Assembly: GCA_031281555.1 (NCBI GenBank)
Contig: JAITFK010000023.1
Coordinates: forward strand, 444 to 64,443
Length of the DNA: 64,000 nt
From: Treponema sp.
Lineage (GTDB): Bacteria > Spirochaetota > Spirochaetia > Treponematales > Breznakiellaceae
Direction: 5' to 3'
Positions 38,828-49,163 of this stretch are shown piece after piece. Made by a program: the position numbers and the translations under genes. How positions within the stretch are numbered: the first letter of the stretch is position 1; each line of letters starts with the position of its first letter. Below the pieces are notes generated by a model. That model was not told the DNA's origin. It did not search any database and saw only the letters and a list, made by a program, of their open reading frames with translations.

Positions 38828-41137
38828 TTAATTTGTTTCTTCTTCGGGCTTGTCTGGTGTTGAATTATCCTCAAGATAGTTTGCTGTTTGCCACATGAAC
38901 TGTCCGTAACCAAGTTCGCAGGCTAGTTCGAAGTCTTTGGCAAGATTAACAGGTTTATCGCCAATAGCGGTGTTGTTGATTAGTCCACGGATTTCCTCGA
39001 GACATTTGCCGCCTTTACTATTTCTATGGGTATCTATACCGCGCAGTTTTGGCATGACCTTCTGGACGAGCTGGTCTTCAAACGCTTTATGCATTGCGTC
39101 GTCAAGTTTAAAATTTGTTTCCCCATTCTTCGCGGCGCGGACTTTGGGATAGTTCGCCATATAGTATTCGATTGACTGCCATACCCTGTGCCCGATAGCG
39201 CGGCCCGCAACTGCCAGATAAGAATTAATTTTTTCAATATACTCTTTATATGGCGCAACATTATCCTTGATGTTTGAAACGTCTTTTTCCCACCAATTCT
39301 CCCAGTTTCCCCGAGGTAATGGTGAGAACTTATGAAATTTCTTCAAGTCTATTAATTCTTCACGGCTCTTTAATTTTACAGGACGCGGAAAGTGAATGAT
39401 GATAGAGCGATCCAAAACCTTGTCAGAAAGTGATTTTGTAGTTTCATCCTGGTTCATGGTTCCCGTCCAAAGAACATTACGGCCCAGGGGAAGATCATAA
39501 GGTTTCATCCCGGCGCCAATTTTAACAGGAAGCGAAGGCACTAACCCTTTCATTCCGCGCCGCAGTTCGAGTTTGCTCAGGAATTCCGCGAAGTAGAGTT
39601 CCGGATGGGCAAGATTCATTTCATCAAGCAGGACAAGGCAGACCGCGTCTTCCAATCCTGGATAGATCACCTGTGTTTCATTGCCATCTATTTTTTTTTC
39701 TTCCCATTTCTTCTGACTTTGAGCGAGTAAATGCAGTACAGGCTGAGCGTCGAATTTATTGTCAATTGAATTAAAGAAGCCAAGCATGGATTCCTGACTG
39801 TCCCAATTTGGCTGGACGGAGAGCGGCTCAAAGTAAAGACCGCCAAAGTGTGAGTACAGGCGCGGCAATTCGGATTTGCCTGTGCCTGATACGCCTGCAA
39901 GAATTGTTAACGGAGACCATTCCGAGGTTTTTAGCGCCGTATGGAACGCGTATAAAATACGAGAATTAAAATGCATTCCATATTCTTCACATTTTCTGCT
40001 AACACCCTCAAGCCAGTCAATCTCAGCAAGAACATTCATCTTGTTTATTCCCTTTGCCTCATCTGCATTTTTTGGTTCCTGTTTTTTATACTCCGGCGGC
40101 CTTTGTACTTTATCATCCCATGGTTTTTCGATTTCTTTATATCTGGCCTCAACTTCCGCGGGACGTTCATACGCCGCGCGAAGGCGATCCAGTTCGGCTT
40201 TGTACTCATTTGCCGCGTTTTCAAAAAGAGATGCCTTTTGCTCAAAGATTTTGTTCTCCGCTTCTAATCCGTTGTTTCTTAGCCGTAGGTCGTCAATTTC
40301 CGCGATATCGTCTCTGTTAGCGTCAATTTGTTTTTTGCGTTCATCCGCCAGCTTTGTTTGCCGTTCAACCTCCTTTTTAATTGATTCATACTGTTCGCGC
40401 ATTTCTTCGGTAGGACGGGTGGCGAGTTCTTCTCGAAGTCGGTTAAATTCGACTGCTTTGCTGTTGAGTTCTCGGATTACTTCAGCGGGATCTTTACCAT
40501 TGAGTTGCCGTTTCAATTGCTCTAAAGCGCCGGCAAGATCAGTTTGGATACGGAGGCTGTCGCGCAGACGGACAATTTCGTCTTTATATGACTGCCTTTC
40601 AGTTTCAAGTGATTTGCGCTCTTTTTCCAGCAGGGCTTCCAGCTTGTCATCCAACTCGTTATATTTTTTTTGCCATTGGTTTTCAAGAAGCTCTCCCTTG
40701 CGTTCCAGAATTTTTTCCGTAGTTTCAAGGTCAGTTTTGCGATTCTGGAGATCGCTCTGCTGAGCGGATATCGCACCTTTTTGATTTCCAAGTTCATTCC
40801 GCTCTACGCTCAGTTGTTTCCGCGACTCTTCAAGTTCTTTTCGCCACTCTTCCCGCTCTATGACAATTTCCGCGTGAATATGATCGCGTTCGGCTTGTTC
40901 GGCTTCTGCAACTTCATCCAGTCGTTTAATTTTAAATTTTGCGATTTCTTCTTCTAATACCGAGAGTTTCTTTTCGCGGGTCTCTGAAATCTCAGTCTCC
41001 AGTTTAATTCGTTTGTTATGCAATTCACCTTCCGCTTCTCTTTGGCGAATATAAAATTCTTCCTCACGTTTTTTTAAGTCCGCTTTTCCATCGGCAATTT
41101 GCCTCAGTAAAGCTTCTAATTTTGAAAATAATCCCAT
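38828..41137 (-). CDS. Coiled-coil McrB-like AAA+ GTPase (CoCoNuT CnuB-like)
   Basis: ~320-aa E/K/R-rich coiled coil; GVSGTGKS, VQPNW, LLDEMNLA, GTMNQDETT..LSDKVLDRS. Confidence 0.85.
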   Translation of the reverse strand: MGLFSKLEALLRQIADGKADLKKREEEFYIRQREAEGELHNKRIKLETEISETREKKLSVLEEEIAKFKIKRLDEVAEAEQAERDHIHAEIVIEREEWRKELEESRKQLSVERNELGNQKGAISAQQSDLQNRKTDLETTEKILERKGELLENQWQKKYNELDDKLEALLEKERKSLETERQSYKDEIVRLRDSLRIQTDLAGALEQLKRQLNGKDPAEVIRELNSKAVEFNRLREELATRPTEEMREQYESIKKEVERQTKLADERKKQIDANRDDIAEIDDLRLRNNGLEAENKIFEQKASLFENAANEYKAELDRLRAAYERPAEVEARYKEIEKPWDDKVQRPPEYKKQEPKNADEAKGINKMNVLAEIDWLEGVSRKCEEYGMHFNSRILYAFHTALKTSEWSPLTILAGVSGTGKSELPRLYSHFGGLYFEPLSVQPNWDSQESMLGFFNSIDNKFDAQPVLHLLAQSQKKWEEKKIDGNETQVIYPGLEDAVCLVLLDEMNLAHPELYFAEFLSKLELRRGMKGLVPSLPVKIGAGMKPYDLPLGRNVLWTGTMNQDETTKSLSDKVLDRSIIIHFPRPVKLKSREELIDLKKFHKFSPLPRGNWENWWEKDVSNIKDNVAPYKEYIEKINSYLAVAGRAIGHRVWQSIEYYMANYPKVRAAKNGETNFKLDDAMHKAFEDQLVQKVMPKLRGIDTHRNSKGGKCLEEIRGLINNTAIGDKPVNLAKDFELACELGYGQFMWQTANYLEDNSTPDKPEEETN

Positions 41138-43101
41138 CTTTCCACCTCCAAAAGTGTTTTTATAGTTGAATAAACCGATTTACGGATTTTTTTAATTTCA
41201 TCTTTTTTTAGAAACAAAGGTTCGTTTCCATGAGCGCTCAGTTTGTCAATCTCAGCGACATCATAAATAAATAACGGTTGGTATTCCGAAACTTTTTGCA
41301 AGATGTCTTTGTACACAAGAAGAAACGCAATCGCGCATGAGCCCAGGGTTTGATTGTCTCCTTGCAATGTTTGGGAAATCCTCCGCAGGTTGACCGTTTG
41401 CAAAGACTCAGGCAGTTTAGACTCAGGCGGTTTAACAAGGCCTGCCTTCATTGCGTTTGTCAGCGCATCGTCAATGAAACCGGAATTTCCCGCATCCGGA
41501 GGCAATGTTCCTGTAAGTATCTTTCTGAACATCGCCTGAAGCGCGGCATACAAATCATTGACGAACCAAAGCGCGTTATCCCCGTCCTTCCATGACAACC
41601 ATGATTGTTCCGCTTTTTTTAACCAATCCTGCATATTCTTTCCAAGTTGGTTGTAATTATGAAGACCAAATTCATTCTGAATGTTTGCACATGAGTCAAA
41701 CATTATATCAGCGATAAAATCTTTATCTGCCGCCGCAACGGGCGTGTCCGAAAAACGAATATCCGGCAGCAATGCGGTTACAATTTCCCTCATAAAAGCG
41801 TCTTCAGGCAATTTGGCTGTATTTTCCTTTGCCTTGCCCTTTCCGTGCCTTAGATCATCCCGTTTCTCTTTGATATTAAAAATCTTATTGATGAAGTCCG
41901 GATACTTCTTGACAATCCTGTGCAGAGGATGCGAAGGGTCGTTTTCCGCTATTAAAAGAGCGATACTAATGACTGTCGCCATATCCGCTTTGCCGCTAAG
42001 AAAATCGTCAAGTTTTCCTTTTAAAACCGGATAGAAACCTTTTTTCGGCAGGTCCAGCCCTGTTTTTTGTGCCGTCGCTTCCAATATGCTTGAATGTTTC
42101 CCGGAATCCGTAAATTTAAGCGTTTCGATCGCGGTATTGTATTGTCTTTGAATACAGGAATAGAACAAAGCCCATTCAAGCGCCGAATAAATCCGTCCAA
42201 TGGAACGGTATTGATTTTTTTGTCCGGGACGCAGACTATAAACCAATTTACCGTAACGTCCCAAATTTTTATCATTGTCAAACGGCTCTTTTGAGGTTAT
42301 AGATTCTTTGTTTATTTTCGGATTGGATAATCTTTGTTTCCAATTCATAAACCATTTGGCCAGATTTTCATTGTGTCCAAGAAGTTGAGAAAAGGAACTT
42401 TCAAGAATCAGTGAAAAGCCGCCGCCAAAAGGGTTGGCAATGCGGAATTCGCCGTCGCTTTTCTGTACAGCAATTAAGCACTCAAGATAGTACGGTTCCG
42501 GTTCATCGGCTATGGTTATTTGATTAATCGCCGGAATTCGCCGGTTGCCGTCAAAAAAACTTGAGCGTTTCTCCATCACCCGTAACGCGTAAATGACATC
42601 GCTGGTTTCCGGTTTTTTCCTTAAATAATTTTTATCATATGTGATTTTCAGGAAAAGTTTTTCATCTTTCTCTTCCTTTTTCAGCGGATTGTCTTCATCC
42701 AACAAATGCAAAAACGGCAGAATTTTTCCTGTAGCGAGTTCGCGAAAAGCTAGCGCTTTAATGATTATTGGTTCTTTTTCTGTCATCCATTTATCGCGTC
42801 TTTGATTAATGATTTCGTTATTTTCATCAATGAACGCCATATCCTTCAGGCGCAAGAGAACAATTTTAACCAGTTCAACAGGAATGCATATCTCCTGCGC
42901 CAGCGCTTTCGCGTCCCGCATACCGCAGGCATCAATTATTTTCAGAATGACACGCTCAAACATATTCAAACCGCCGCTCTTATCCGGTTTTGGCAGTGTA
43001 ACGCGATAAGCATGTACCGGCCACGCGAGTTTTTCTTTCCTCCCGATAATTTCACCGAAGGGATTATCCGGTTTGCCAAAATCAAGGAATCTCAAAGACA
43101 T
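41116..43101 (-). CDS. wHTH plus HEPN-like effector (CoCoNuT CnuE-like)
   Basis: N-terminal wHTH (FERVILKII...LAQEICIP.ELV..VL..L); HEPN-type RxxxxH RDDLRH; degenerate second motif KLSAHGN. Confidence 0.6.
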   Translation of the reverse strand: MSLRFLDFGKPDNPFGEIIGRKEKLAWPVHAYRVTLPKPDKSGGLNMFERVILKIIDACGMRDAKALAQEICIPVELVKIVLLRLKDMAFIDENNEIINQRRDKWMTEKEPIIIKALAFRELATGKILPFLHLLDEDNPLKKEEKDEKLFLKITYDKNYLRKKPETSDVIYALRVMEKRSSFFDGNRRIPAINQITIADEPEPYYLECLIAVQKSDGEFRIANPFGGGFSLILESSFSQLLGHNENLAKWFMNWKQRLSNPKINKESITSKEPFDNDKNLGRYGKLVYSLRPGQKNQYRSIGRIYSALEWALFYSCIQRQYNTAIETLKFTDSGKHSSILEATAQKTGLDLPKKGFYPVLKGKLDDFLSGKADMATVISIALLIAENDPSHPLHRIVKKYPDFINKIFNIKEKRDDLRHGKGKAKENTAKLPEDAFMREIVTALLPDIRFSDTPVAAADKDFIADIMFDSCANIQNEFGLHNYNQLGKNMQDWLKKAEQSWLSWKDGDNALWFVNDLYAALQAMFRKILTGTLPPDAGNSGFIDDALTNAMKAGLVKPPESKLPESLQTVNLRRISQTLQGDNQTLGSCAIAFLLVYKDILQKVSEYQPLFIYDVAEIDKLSAHGNEPLFLKKDEIKKIRKSVYSTIKTLLEVERWDYFQN

Positions 43102-46100
43102 GGCATTACCTTCCCTTTTTCACGGCATAAATTGAAAAAATTAACCAGTCCTGGAATGTATTTCCTTGCAAGGCTGTTATTCAATAAACCGGAATCACCG
43201 GCCGCTACCAGCAGTTTTTTCTGGCGGCTCATGGAAACATTCAAAAGGTTATCAAGGCAGAGGCGTCCAAATAATTTCCTCGCCTGTTTTTCAGGGTCTT
43301 CATCATTCTGTTTCCAGTCCTGCGGTAATGATCTGACCATGGAAAGAAAGACCACATCAAACTCCATGCTCTGGAAAGAATCAACCGTACCAACGTGAAG
43401 TCTTTTTTTATCATGCCTAATTCCTTCAAGATGTTCTTTAATGTGATCGGCCTGAGCTTTGTAGAACGAAATAACTCCGAAAGACAAGTTTTCTCCTTCT
43501 TTGGAATTCATCCATATTTTTATCTGTCCGGTAATGGCGGTTATTTCGGCAGGGCGAATCAGACTGGTTCCTTCCCGCTGATACCTGCCTTTTGAGGCGG
43601 GAATATCCAGCCAAACGGCAGGTTTGTTATCAGTACCCGACAAGTTGTGTTCAAAATCGCCTTCAGGTCTGCTTGAACGGAATTGTTCAGACTTGTCATA
43701 AAATTCGCTGCTGATAAAGTCTCCCAGAAGCGGATGCATACGGTGTTGTTTATCTAATGTGATATGACGCGTAATGCCGTCTTTCTTTTCTAATTCCTTA
43801 AGCCTTTCAGAGAATAAATATTGGAACATGGATTTTTTCAGCCAATCAACTTTTTCTTCTCCCGTCTCCCCTTCCTCCATTTGGCGGGCGACTTCGTCGT
43901 TAATGATATGCGGCAGCTGACGGTGATCTCCGACAAGAATAATACGTTTGCCCTGCGCCATAGGGATCATAAGATCGCGCGGAGAAACCCGGGCGGCTTC
44001 ATCCACAATCACATACTCAAACGGTTCCATCTTCTTTTTTTCTGTGACGCCTTTTTTATTTTGCATTAATATATTGACACTCTGTTGGCAGGTAGCGGCG
44101 AAAGCATAACTATAATCCGATACGGCATCAATCATACCATATTGATTTTCTTCAAGTTCAGCCAGGAATTCCGCAAGCGCCGCTGATTTTTTATCTTTGG
44201 CGGAAAAACCAGTCTCTTTAATTTTCTTGATTGCTTTTTCAGCCAGCATAAGAATTTCATCGTTTTGTTTTTCTACGCTAAATACAGGCGGAGCGGTAAT
44301 CTTAAGCATAAGTTTCTTTTTCAGCACGGCTAAATCTTTCAGGAACGGCGGAGAAACAGCATTATCAATCCATAAACTTGCCATGGACAGCAAGTCCCAC
44401 TCGTCTTTTTCAATTTCATTTTTTATTTTTTCATCATTTTTTAATTTTCCAAAGGCTTCAGCCGCCCGATCCGGTCCGTCATCAGCAAAACTTTCAGTAC
44501 GGATACGCAGGCGGTGCACGGCGTCAAGCAGCGGATTGGATTCACTGTTAAGAGTTTCTTCATGCGAGAGTCTTTTGGCAATATACGCGGTGCGGTGCGA
44601 AATATCTTCCCCTATAATTGTAACATCAAGAGAAGCAATTTTATTTGCAAGATTCGCAGCAAGCGCCCGCGTCGGCGCATTAATGTATTGCAGGCAGAGA
44701 TTTTTAATTTCCATTTCTTTTTCTACTTCTGCGATATTTAAATTTTTAGCGCGTAGTTCATTGGTTGTTTTTTCATAAAATTTCATCATTTCTTTTTCAA
44801 AGGCGCTATCATCGTTTTTATCGGCTCCTGAACGTTTCCCGAATTTCGGAATTGGTATGCCGTTAAGCCAATAACGATTTATCATATTCTCAACCGCGTC
44901 ATGCTGGAATCCGGTTAACAAAACCTGACCATTAATATTTATTTGCCGTTTGTCCGCAAGCTCATTCAAGCGTTCAAGAATTGCGGCAATAATAGTGGTC
45001 TTGCCGGTGCCCGGAGGTCCCTGGATAAGAGCGATGTCGGGCGTCGACAGGGCTATTTTAATTGCGTTTATTTGATTTTCAGTCGGCTGATATTCTCCGA
45101 AAACTTGTTTACGAACAAACGCCGTAAGCGTTTTTATTTCAGGCGGTTTGCAAGCCGGAGGGATATCACCTTTTTCTTCTATTATAAGGCCAAGATGCGT
45201 ACAAGCACAGCGGCCTTCAAGTATTGCCTTGCGCGCTGACCTTCGCCGTTTTATTTGTGTGATTTCACCTTTAAGCGAAAGAACGAACATTCCCGACGGA
45301 GGCGGCATCTTTGTTTCAACTTTAAGTTTTTTTGACTCCAAGTCATAAATTGTAAGAATTTTTGAATCGTTGTCGTAACCGGAAATCCTGAAATAAAGGC
45401 TTTTCTTCTCCTCTTTTCCCTGTTTCCCGATGATCTTTTCTATTTTTTCTTTCTTTTCAACATCTTTTTCAATGCCATTCACGAATTCCGCAAATTTTAA
45501 ATCTGCGTTTAGAAGATAATCCGGTAATTCATCAACCATTTCTATTTCTTCCACGCCGCCTGACTTCAATGCATTTTCAACTGAAGCTCTCGGTTCTAAA
45601 ATGCGGACAGAGACATCTCCGTCATTTTTCTGTTTGACATCACAATAACGCAGTACGTCAATATAACGAGCACGCTTTAGCAAAAGTTCGCCTTCAAAAT
45701 CGCCGAACTCGTCCCATTTCTTCAGGTAACTTCCCTCATTATTAATAAGATTGTTCATTTGCGCTTTGGTGAGTATCTGAATCTGCCCTGTCTTTGTCCA
45801 ATCGATAAATTTTAATTTTCCTCTGGCAAGACGCAGCGCCCTGTCGTTTTTGTCTTTTAGTTTGGTCAGACGGGTAGAAATATAAATTGACTTCCCGTCC
45901 GGCAATTGTGTTTCTGTGGCGACGAAGCGGATATTATCGCCTGTGATACAGAACGAGTTCTTTCTGGTTGGCTCAGGTTTTGGGGCGGAGACTTCGGGAT
46001 TTAATTGAGGCTCTTCAATATCAATGTTTTCATCTGTTTTCTCCATTGGATTATCTGCGTCTTCCTGATTATCTTTTGTTTCTTCTTCTTTTGCTTTCTC

Positions 46101-46592
46101 CTCCGACTCCGTTTTCAATTCGTCATCAATTGCTGGACCTGCGATGATAAAGAAGAAAAATTCATTACCGTGAAAAAAACAACAGCGAGTTTCAAGGTAT
46201 TTATAAAGATTCTGACCGCTAAGTTTACGCCCAACTTTCTCAATCATTTTCTCCACATATTCGTCCACGCCGACTTCAACATCTCCCATCTCCAGACATT
46301 CACCTGTAAAGAATTTAATTTGCAGTTCAATGCTACCATTGGCAGCCACGTTAGCAAACTGCGAAATCATAGCTCTTCCCGCAACAAGTTCATTGCCCAG
46401 ACGGCGGACATCTATCTCTACAACCGGCTTAACAAATATGACAGTATCTTTAAGACGAATTTCAAACTCACCCGGCCGTGTCGGACAGGCTTTAACGCCA
46501 AGAACCGGCTGCTCTTTCAAAAGCTTTGGGGAAAAGTCGGTTCTTTTGACGCGTATGGTCGTTGTATCAGCGGGAATATCGTCAAATTTCAT
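43092..46592 (-). CDS. UPF1-like superfamily 1 helicase (CoCoNuT CnuH-like)
   Basis: QGPPGTGKT, VDEAAR, GDHRQLP, QHRMHP, TVDSFQSMEFD, LNVSMSRQK. Confidence 0.88.
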   Translation of the reverse strand: MKFDDIPADTTTIRVKRTDFSPKLLKEQPVLGVKACPTRPGEFEIRLKDTVIFVKPVVEIDVRRLGNELVAGRAMISQFANVAANGSIELQIKFFTGECLEMGDVEVGVDEYVEKMIEKVGRKLSGQNLYKYLETRCCFFHGNEFFFFIIAGPAIDDELKTESEEKAKEEETKDNQEDADNPMEKTDENIDIEEPQLNPEVSAPKPEPTRKNSFCITGDNIRFVATETQLPDGKSIYISTRLTKLKDKNDRALRLARGKLKFIDWTKTGQIQILTKAQMNNLINNEGSYLKKWDEFGDFEGELLLKRARYIDVLRYCDVKQKNDGDVSVRILEPRASVENALKSGGVEEIEMVDELPDYLLNADLKFAEFVNGIEKDVEKKEKIEKIIGKQGKEEKKSLYFRISGYDNDSKILTIYDLESKKLKVETKMPPPSGMFVLSLKGEITQIKRRRSARKAILEGRCACTHLGLIIEEKGDIPPACKPPEIKTLTAFVRKQVFGEYQPTENQINAIKIALSTPDIALIQGPPGTGKTTIIAAILERLNELADKRQININGQVLLTGFQHDAVENMINRYWLNGIPIPKFGKRSGADKNDDSAFEKEMMKFYEKTTNELRAKNLNIAEVEKEMEIKNLCLQYINAPTRALAANLANKIASLDVTIIGEDISHRTAYIAKRLSHEETLNSESNPLLDAVHRLRIRTESFADDGPDRAAEAFGKLKNDEKIKNEIEKDEWDLLSMASLWIDNAVSPPFLKDLAVLKKKLMLKITAPPVFSVEKQNDEILMLAEKAIKKIKETGFSAKDKKSAALAEFLAELEENQYGMIDAVSDYSYAFAATCQQSVNILMQNKKGVTEKKKMEPFEYVIVDEAARVSPRDLMIPMAQGKRIILVGDHRQLPHIINDEVARQMEEGETGEEKVDWLKKSMFQYLFSERLKELEKKDGITRHITLDKQHRMHPLLGDFISSEFYDKSEQFRSSRPEGDFEHNLSGTDNKPAVWLDIPASKGRYQREGTSLIRPAEITAITGQIKIWMNSKEGENLSFGVISFYKAQADHIKEHLEGIRHDKKRLHVGTVDSFQSMEFDVVFLSMVRSLPQDWKQNDEDPEKQARKLFGRLCLDNLLNVSMSRQKKLLVAAGDSGLLNNSLARKYIPGLVNFFNLCREKGKVMPCL

Positions 46593-47950
46593 TTAACTAC
46601 CTCTTCAAAAATAAAAGCAAGATTTTCCGGAAACGGTTTTGTCCCCCGGACAGGTTGTACGGATTTTTTCGTAAAGTCTAAAAGCGCGTCATACTCTGTA
46701 TCATCATCGTTATGTTCAAAAGAGAAGGGGTTGAATAAACGATGCGGCAAAGAGAATTCGTTCGTGTCAGCGGAAACAATAATTTCCCAACGCTGCGTCT
46801 TTACTCGGACAAATGCCGGGCGCGGCTTGGCACAATACGGACATTTTTTATGGCTGTCCGCGAAGTAACTCATTTTGCAATTAGGGCAAAGCAGCGACTT
46901 GTCAGAGGCTCTTGTTAATTCAAACGCCCAAAACGCCATAGACGGACGCCGGTGCGGTTTTGTCCGCCCTGTGCCGAAAGTATCCTGAAAAAGCAGCCTT
47001 AACTCCGGCGTTGCCGTAAGTTCGCGCGGCAGACCGCAGACTGAGGCATTTGAATCGTCATCCTTATCATCAACGAAGGGCAGAAAACCGGCATAAGCTT
47101 TTTCATTCAAATCGTCGGGCGCTCCGTCCGCCGCAGGTTCGGCATCCCAGCCGTTTTCCTCATCGTTAGGTTTCAGTACATTTTTACCTATGAACGGATG
47201 ACATAAAGCGATTGTTGTAAAAGCCAGAACCGCAAACGCCCAGCAATCTGTGCGAGGGCGGGATTGATCCAGCCCCCGGATTATTTCCGGCGCGCCGTAA
47301 TGAGGCGTGTAAACTGATTTTCCGCCTTTAGCCAATTCAAAACGCAGGTTGTCCGCGTCGATCAGCCAAACATCGAACTTCTCCCCTTCGTCGGCAAATA
47401 CATTCTCCGGCGATATATCGCCATAAACCAGACCGGCGCAGTGGAGACGGGCAAGAATCGAAGCGCATTTCGCAAGCGCATAAAGACGGCGGCGTGTTGA
47501 ACCAGTCTGGGCATAGTGAAAAAGATTCAAGGCAAAGTCTTTGTCGGGAATATTCATCAGCCATTGGGGAAGCGGCTGTTTGTCAAGTTCAATTTTTGTT
47601 TTTCCATTTAAGTTAAAATGACTGAACGGTTTCATTCCGTTCAAAAGGCGCATCACATACCCGGGCTCATCACCCGGCTTATCCCGTAAAATAGCGAGCG
47701 GCATTGATATAGGGATACGCGGCGGCAATGGCAAAAGACGTATGTTCTGGAAACGTTTGCGTAAACCCGCGGTATTATCAAGTTCTCCGGCGGCGTTTAA
47801 CGGTTGTTTGACAGCCAAATCGTCATCACTAGTACGGTATACAACGCCTTGTCCGCCGCGGGCGAGTTCCCTGCCCAGACAGTGCAGGTAGTCATATTCA
47901 TCGGCAAGATGCTTGGGAGATTCAACGCCGGGTATATAACGCTTATTCAT
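46589..47950 (-). CDS. Ser/Thr protein kinase with C-terminal Zn ribbon (TerY-P triad)
   Basis: LARGGQGVVY, LAVK, YGDISPEN, IDADN, YGAPE; CPNC...CPYC; ATG overlaps the PP2C stop. Confidence 0.88.
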   Translation of the reverse strand: MNKRYIPGVESPKHLADEYDYLHCLGRELARGGQGVVYRTSDDDLAVKQPLNAAGELDNTAGLRKRFQNIRLLPLPPRIPISMPLAILRDKPGDEPGYVMRLLNGMKPFSHFNLNGKTKIELDKQPLPQWLMNIPDKDFALNLFHYAQTGSTRRRLYALAKCASILARLHCAGLVYGDISPENVFADEGEKFDVWLIDADNLRFELAKGGKSVYTPHYGAPEIIRGLDQSRPRTDCWAFAVLAFTTIALCHPFIGKNVLKPNDEENGWDAEPAADGAPDDLNEKAYAGFLPFVDDKDDDSNASVCGLPRELTATPELRLLFQDTFGTGRTKPHRRPSMAFWAFELTRASDKSLLCPNCKMSYFADSHKKCPYCAKPRPAFVRVKTQRWEIIVSADTNEFSLPHRLFNPFSFEHNDDDTEYDALLDFTKKSVQPVRGTKPFPENLAFIFEEVVK

Positions 47951-48662
47951 CTTCCGGCTCCCTGCGAAAAAGGCACGCAATGGTTTTGTCATCGCTGTGC
48001 TTGGGCACAGGCCAGTCCTCAAGCATTATCCGCGTATTGCGCGAGGCGGACACGCAGGCTGAATCAACGGCGTGTGTAATAAACCCGCGGATAAATGCGT
48101 CGGTATCCGTTAAATCGTCTGAAACGCCGTCTGTGCAAAGCAGAACGGCGCGGCAAAGTTCTTCCTGTAAGGTTTGAAACCGCCACTCTTTGTCCGTGGT
48201 TTTTTCTGAAAGCGCGGACGTAATATTTGAAAAGCCGTTCGCTTTATCTTCGGCAAGCGATAAAACCGTGTCGTCATTTTTCAGAACAGCGATTAAGCCG
48301 TCGCCGAGCATTCCCGTTCTGATCAATCCGTCGGAAAGCCGAAAGGCGAACAAACAGGTAGCCGAACAATCACGGGACTCAAGCGGAGCAATAAAGGAAA
48401 GCCAGTTGCTTTTAATTTTGTCATACAAAAATGTTTGATCTATTTCTTTTTTATCGCGGCAGGCGTAAACTGCGCAAGTCACAGCGCGGCAGGCGGCGCT
48501 GCTTCCGAAATCGGAATAAGTTTTTGAACCCAGACCGTCGGAAACGATGACACCGTCGCCCCATGTGTTATGAAACGCTTTCCACGCGTCCTGATTTGGT
48601 TTGCCTTCCCGAATATGACCGGGACCAATGACGCTTGCGCCAAAACTTTTCCATAATGTCAT
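47943..48662 (-). CDS. PP2C-family phosphatase (TerY-P triad)
   Basis: SVIGPGH...NQDA, VSDGLGS, LGDG, CTDG, DDKT. Confidence 0.9.
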   Translation of the reverse strand: MTLWKSFGASVIGPGHIREGKPNQDAWKAFHNTWGDGVIVSDGLGSKTYSDFGSSAACRAVTCAVYACRDKKEIDQTFLYDKIKSNWLSFIAPLESRDCSATCLFAFRLSDGLIRTGMLGDGLIAVLKNDDTVLSLAEDKANGFSNITSALSEKTTDKEWRFQTLQEELCRAVLLCTDGVSDDLTDTDAFIRGFITHAVDSACVSASRNTRIMLEDWPVPKHSDDKTIACLFRREPEDE

Positions 48663-48673
48663 GTAACGCCTCT

Positions 48674-49120
48674 TTAATTCCAGCCGTCCAGCGCGGCGAA
48701 TAAATCCTCGGCGGAGAATACGTCCTTTCCTTTTAGGCTTGCGTCAGCGCCAATCTTTATGACGCGGAGTGTATCAGGCATTAACTTCCTCTTCCATCGT
48801 TTCAAATCCGTCTCATCATTACGCGTCCAGAATCCGTCTGTGAAGAGCAGAACCTTGCCATCAATCTGTTCGCCCAATAGTTCAATTAACGCCTTGGCGT
48901 TTGCCGCGCCTTTACAGTCAAGCATTTCTTCCGGATATTCATTGTCAGAAACCCATTCGACAATCCGCGCTTCATTGCTCCATGCGATCAATTTAATTTC
49001 CCCTTTGCCGTATCCAAGGCGGAAATACTGTTCAATTGTCCGCGCCATGCCGCGCGTAATAAAACACTTTCCGCCTTCCGACATACTGCCGGATATGTCA
49101 CAAATCAAATAAAGAGTCAT
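48674..49120 (-). CDS. Short vWA-domain protein
   Basis: MIDAS CDISGS, LFTDG, IKIGADA; RBS-like AAGGG upstream. Confidence 0.75.
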   Translation of the reverse strand: MTLYLICDISGSMSEGGKCFITRGMARTIEQYFRLGYGKGEIKLIAWSNEARIVEWVSDNEYPEEMLDCKGAANAKALIELLGEQIDGKVLLFTDGFWTRNDETDLKRWKRKLMPDTLRVIKIGADASLKGKDVFSAEDLFAALDGWN

Positions 49121-49163
49121 ATATCAGCGCCCTTCGCGTCAGGATTTCCGTCTGTTTGAGCCA

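Noticed and set aside
39876-40763. 295-aa plus-strand ORF
   Set aside because: Antisense shadow of the coiled-coil region of the McrB-like gene; Ser/Arg/Leu-rich with no motifs
46005-46868. 287-aa plus-strand ORF
   Set aside because: Antisense to the helicase and kinase genes; no recognisable domain
47951-48022. Longer kinase start given by the ORF track (48022)
   Set aside because: Lies inside the PP2C gene; ATG 47950 overlapping the PP2C stop fits translational coupling better
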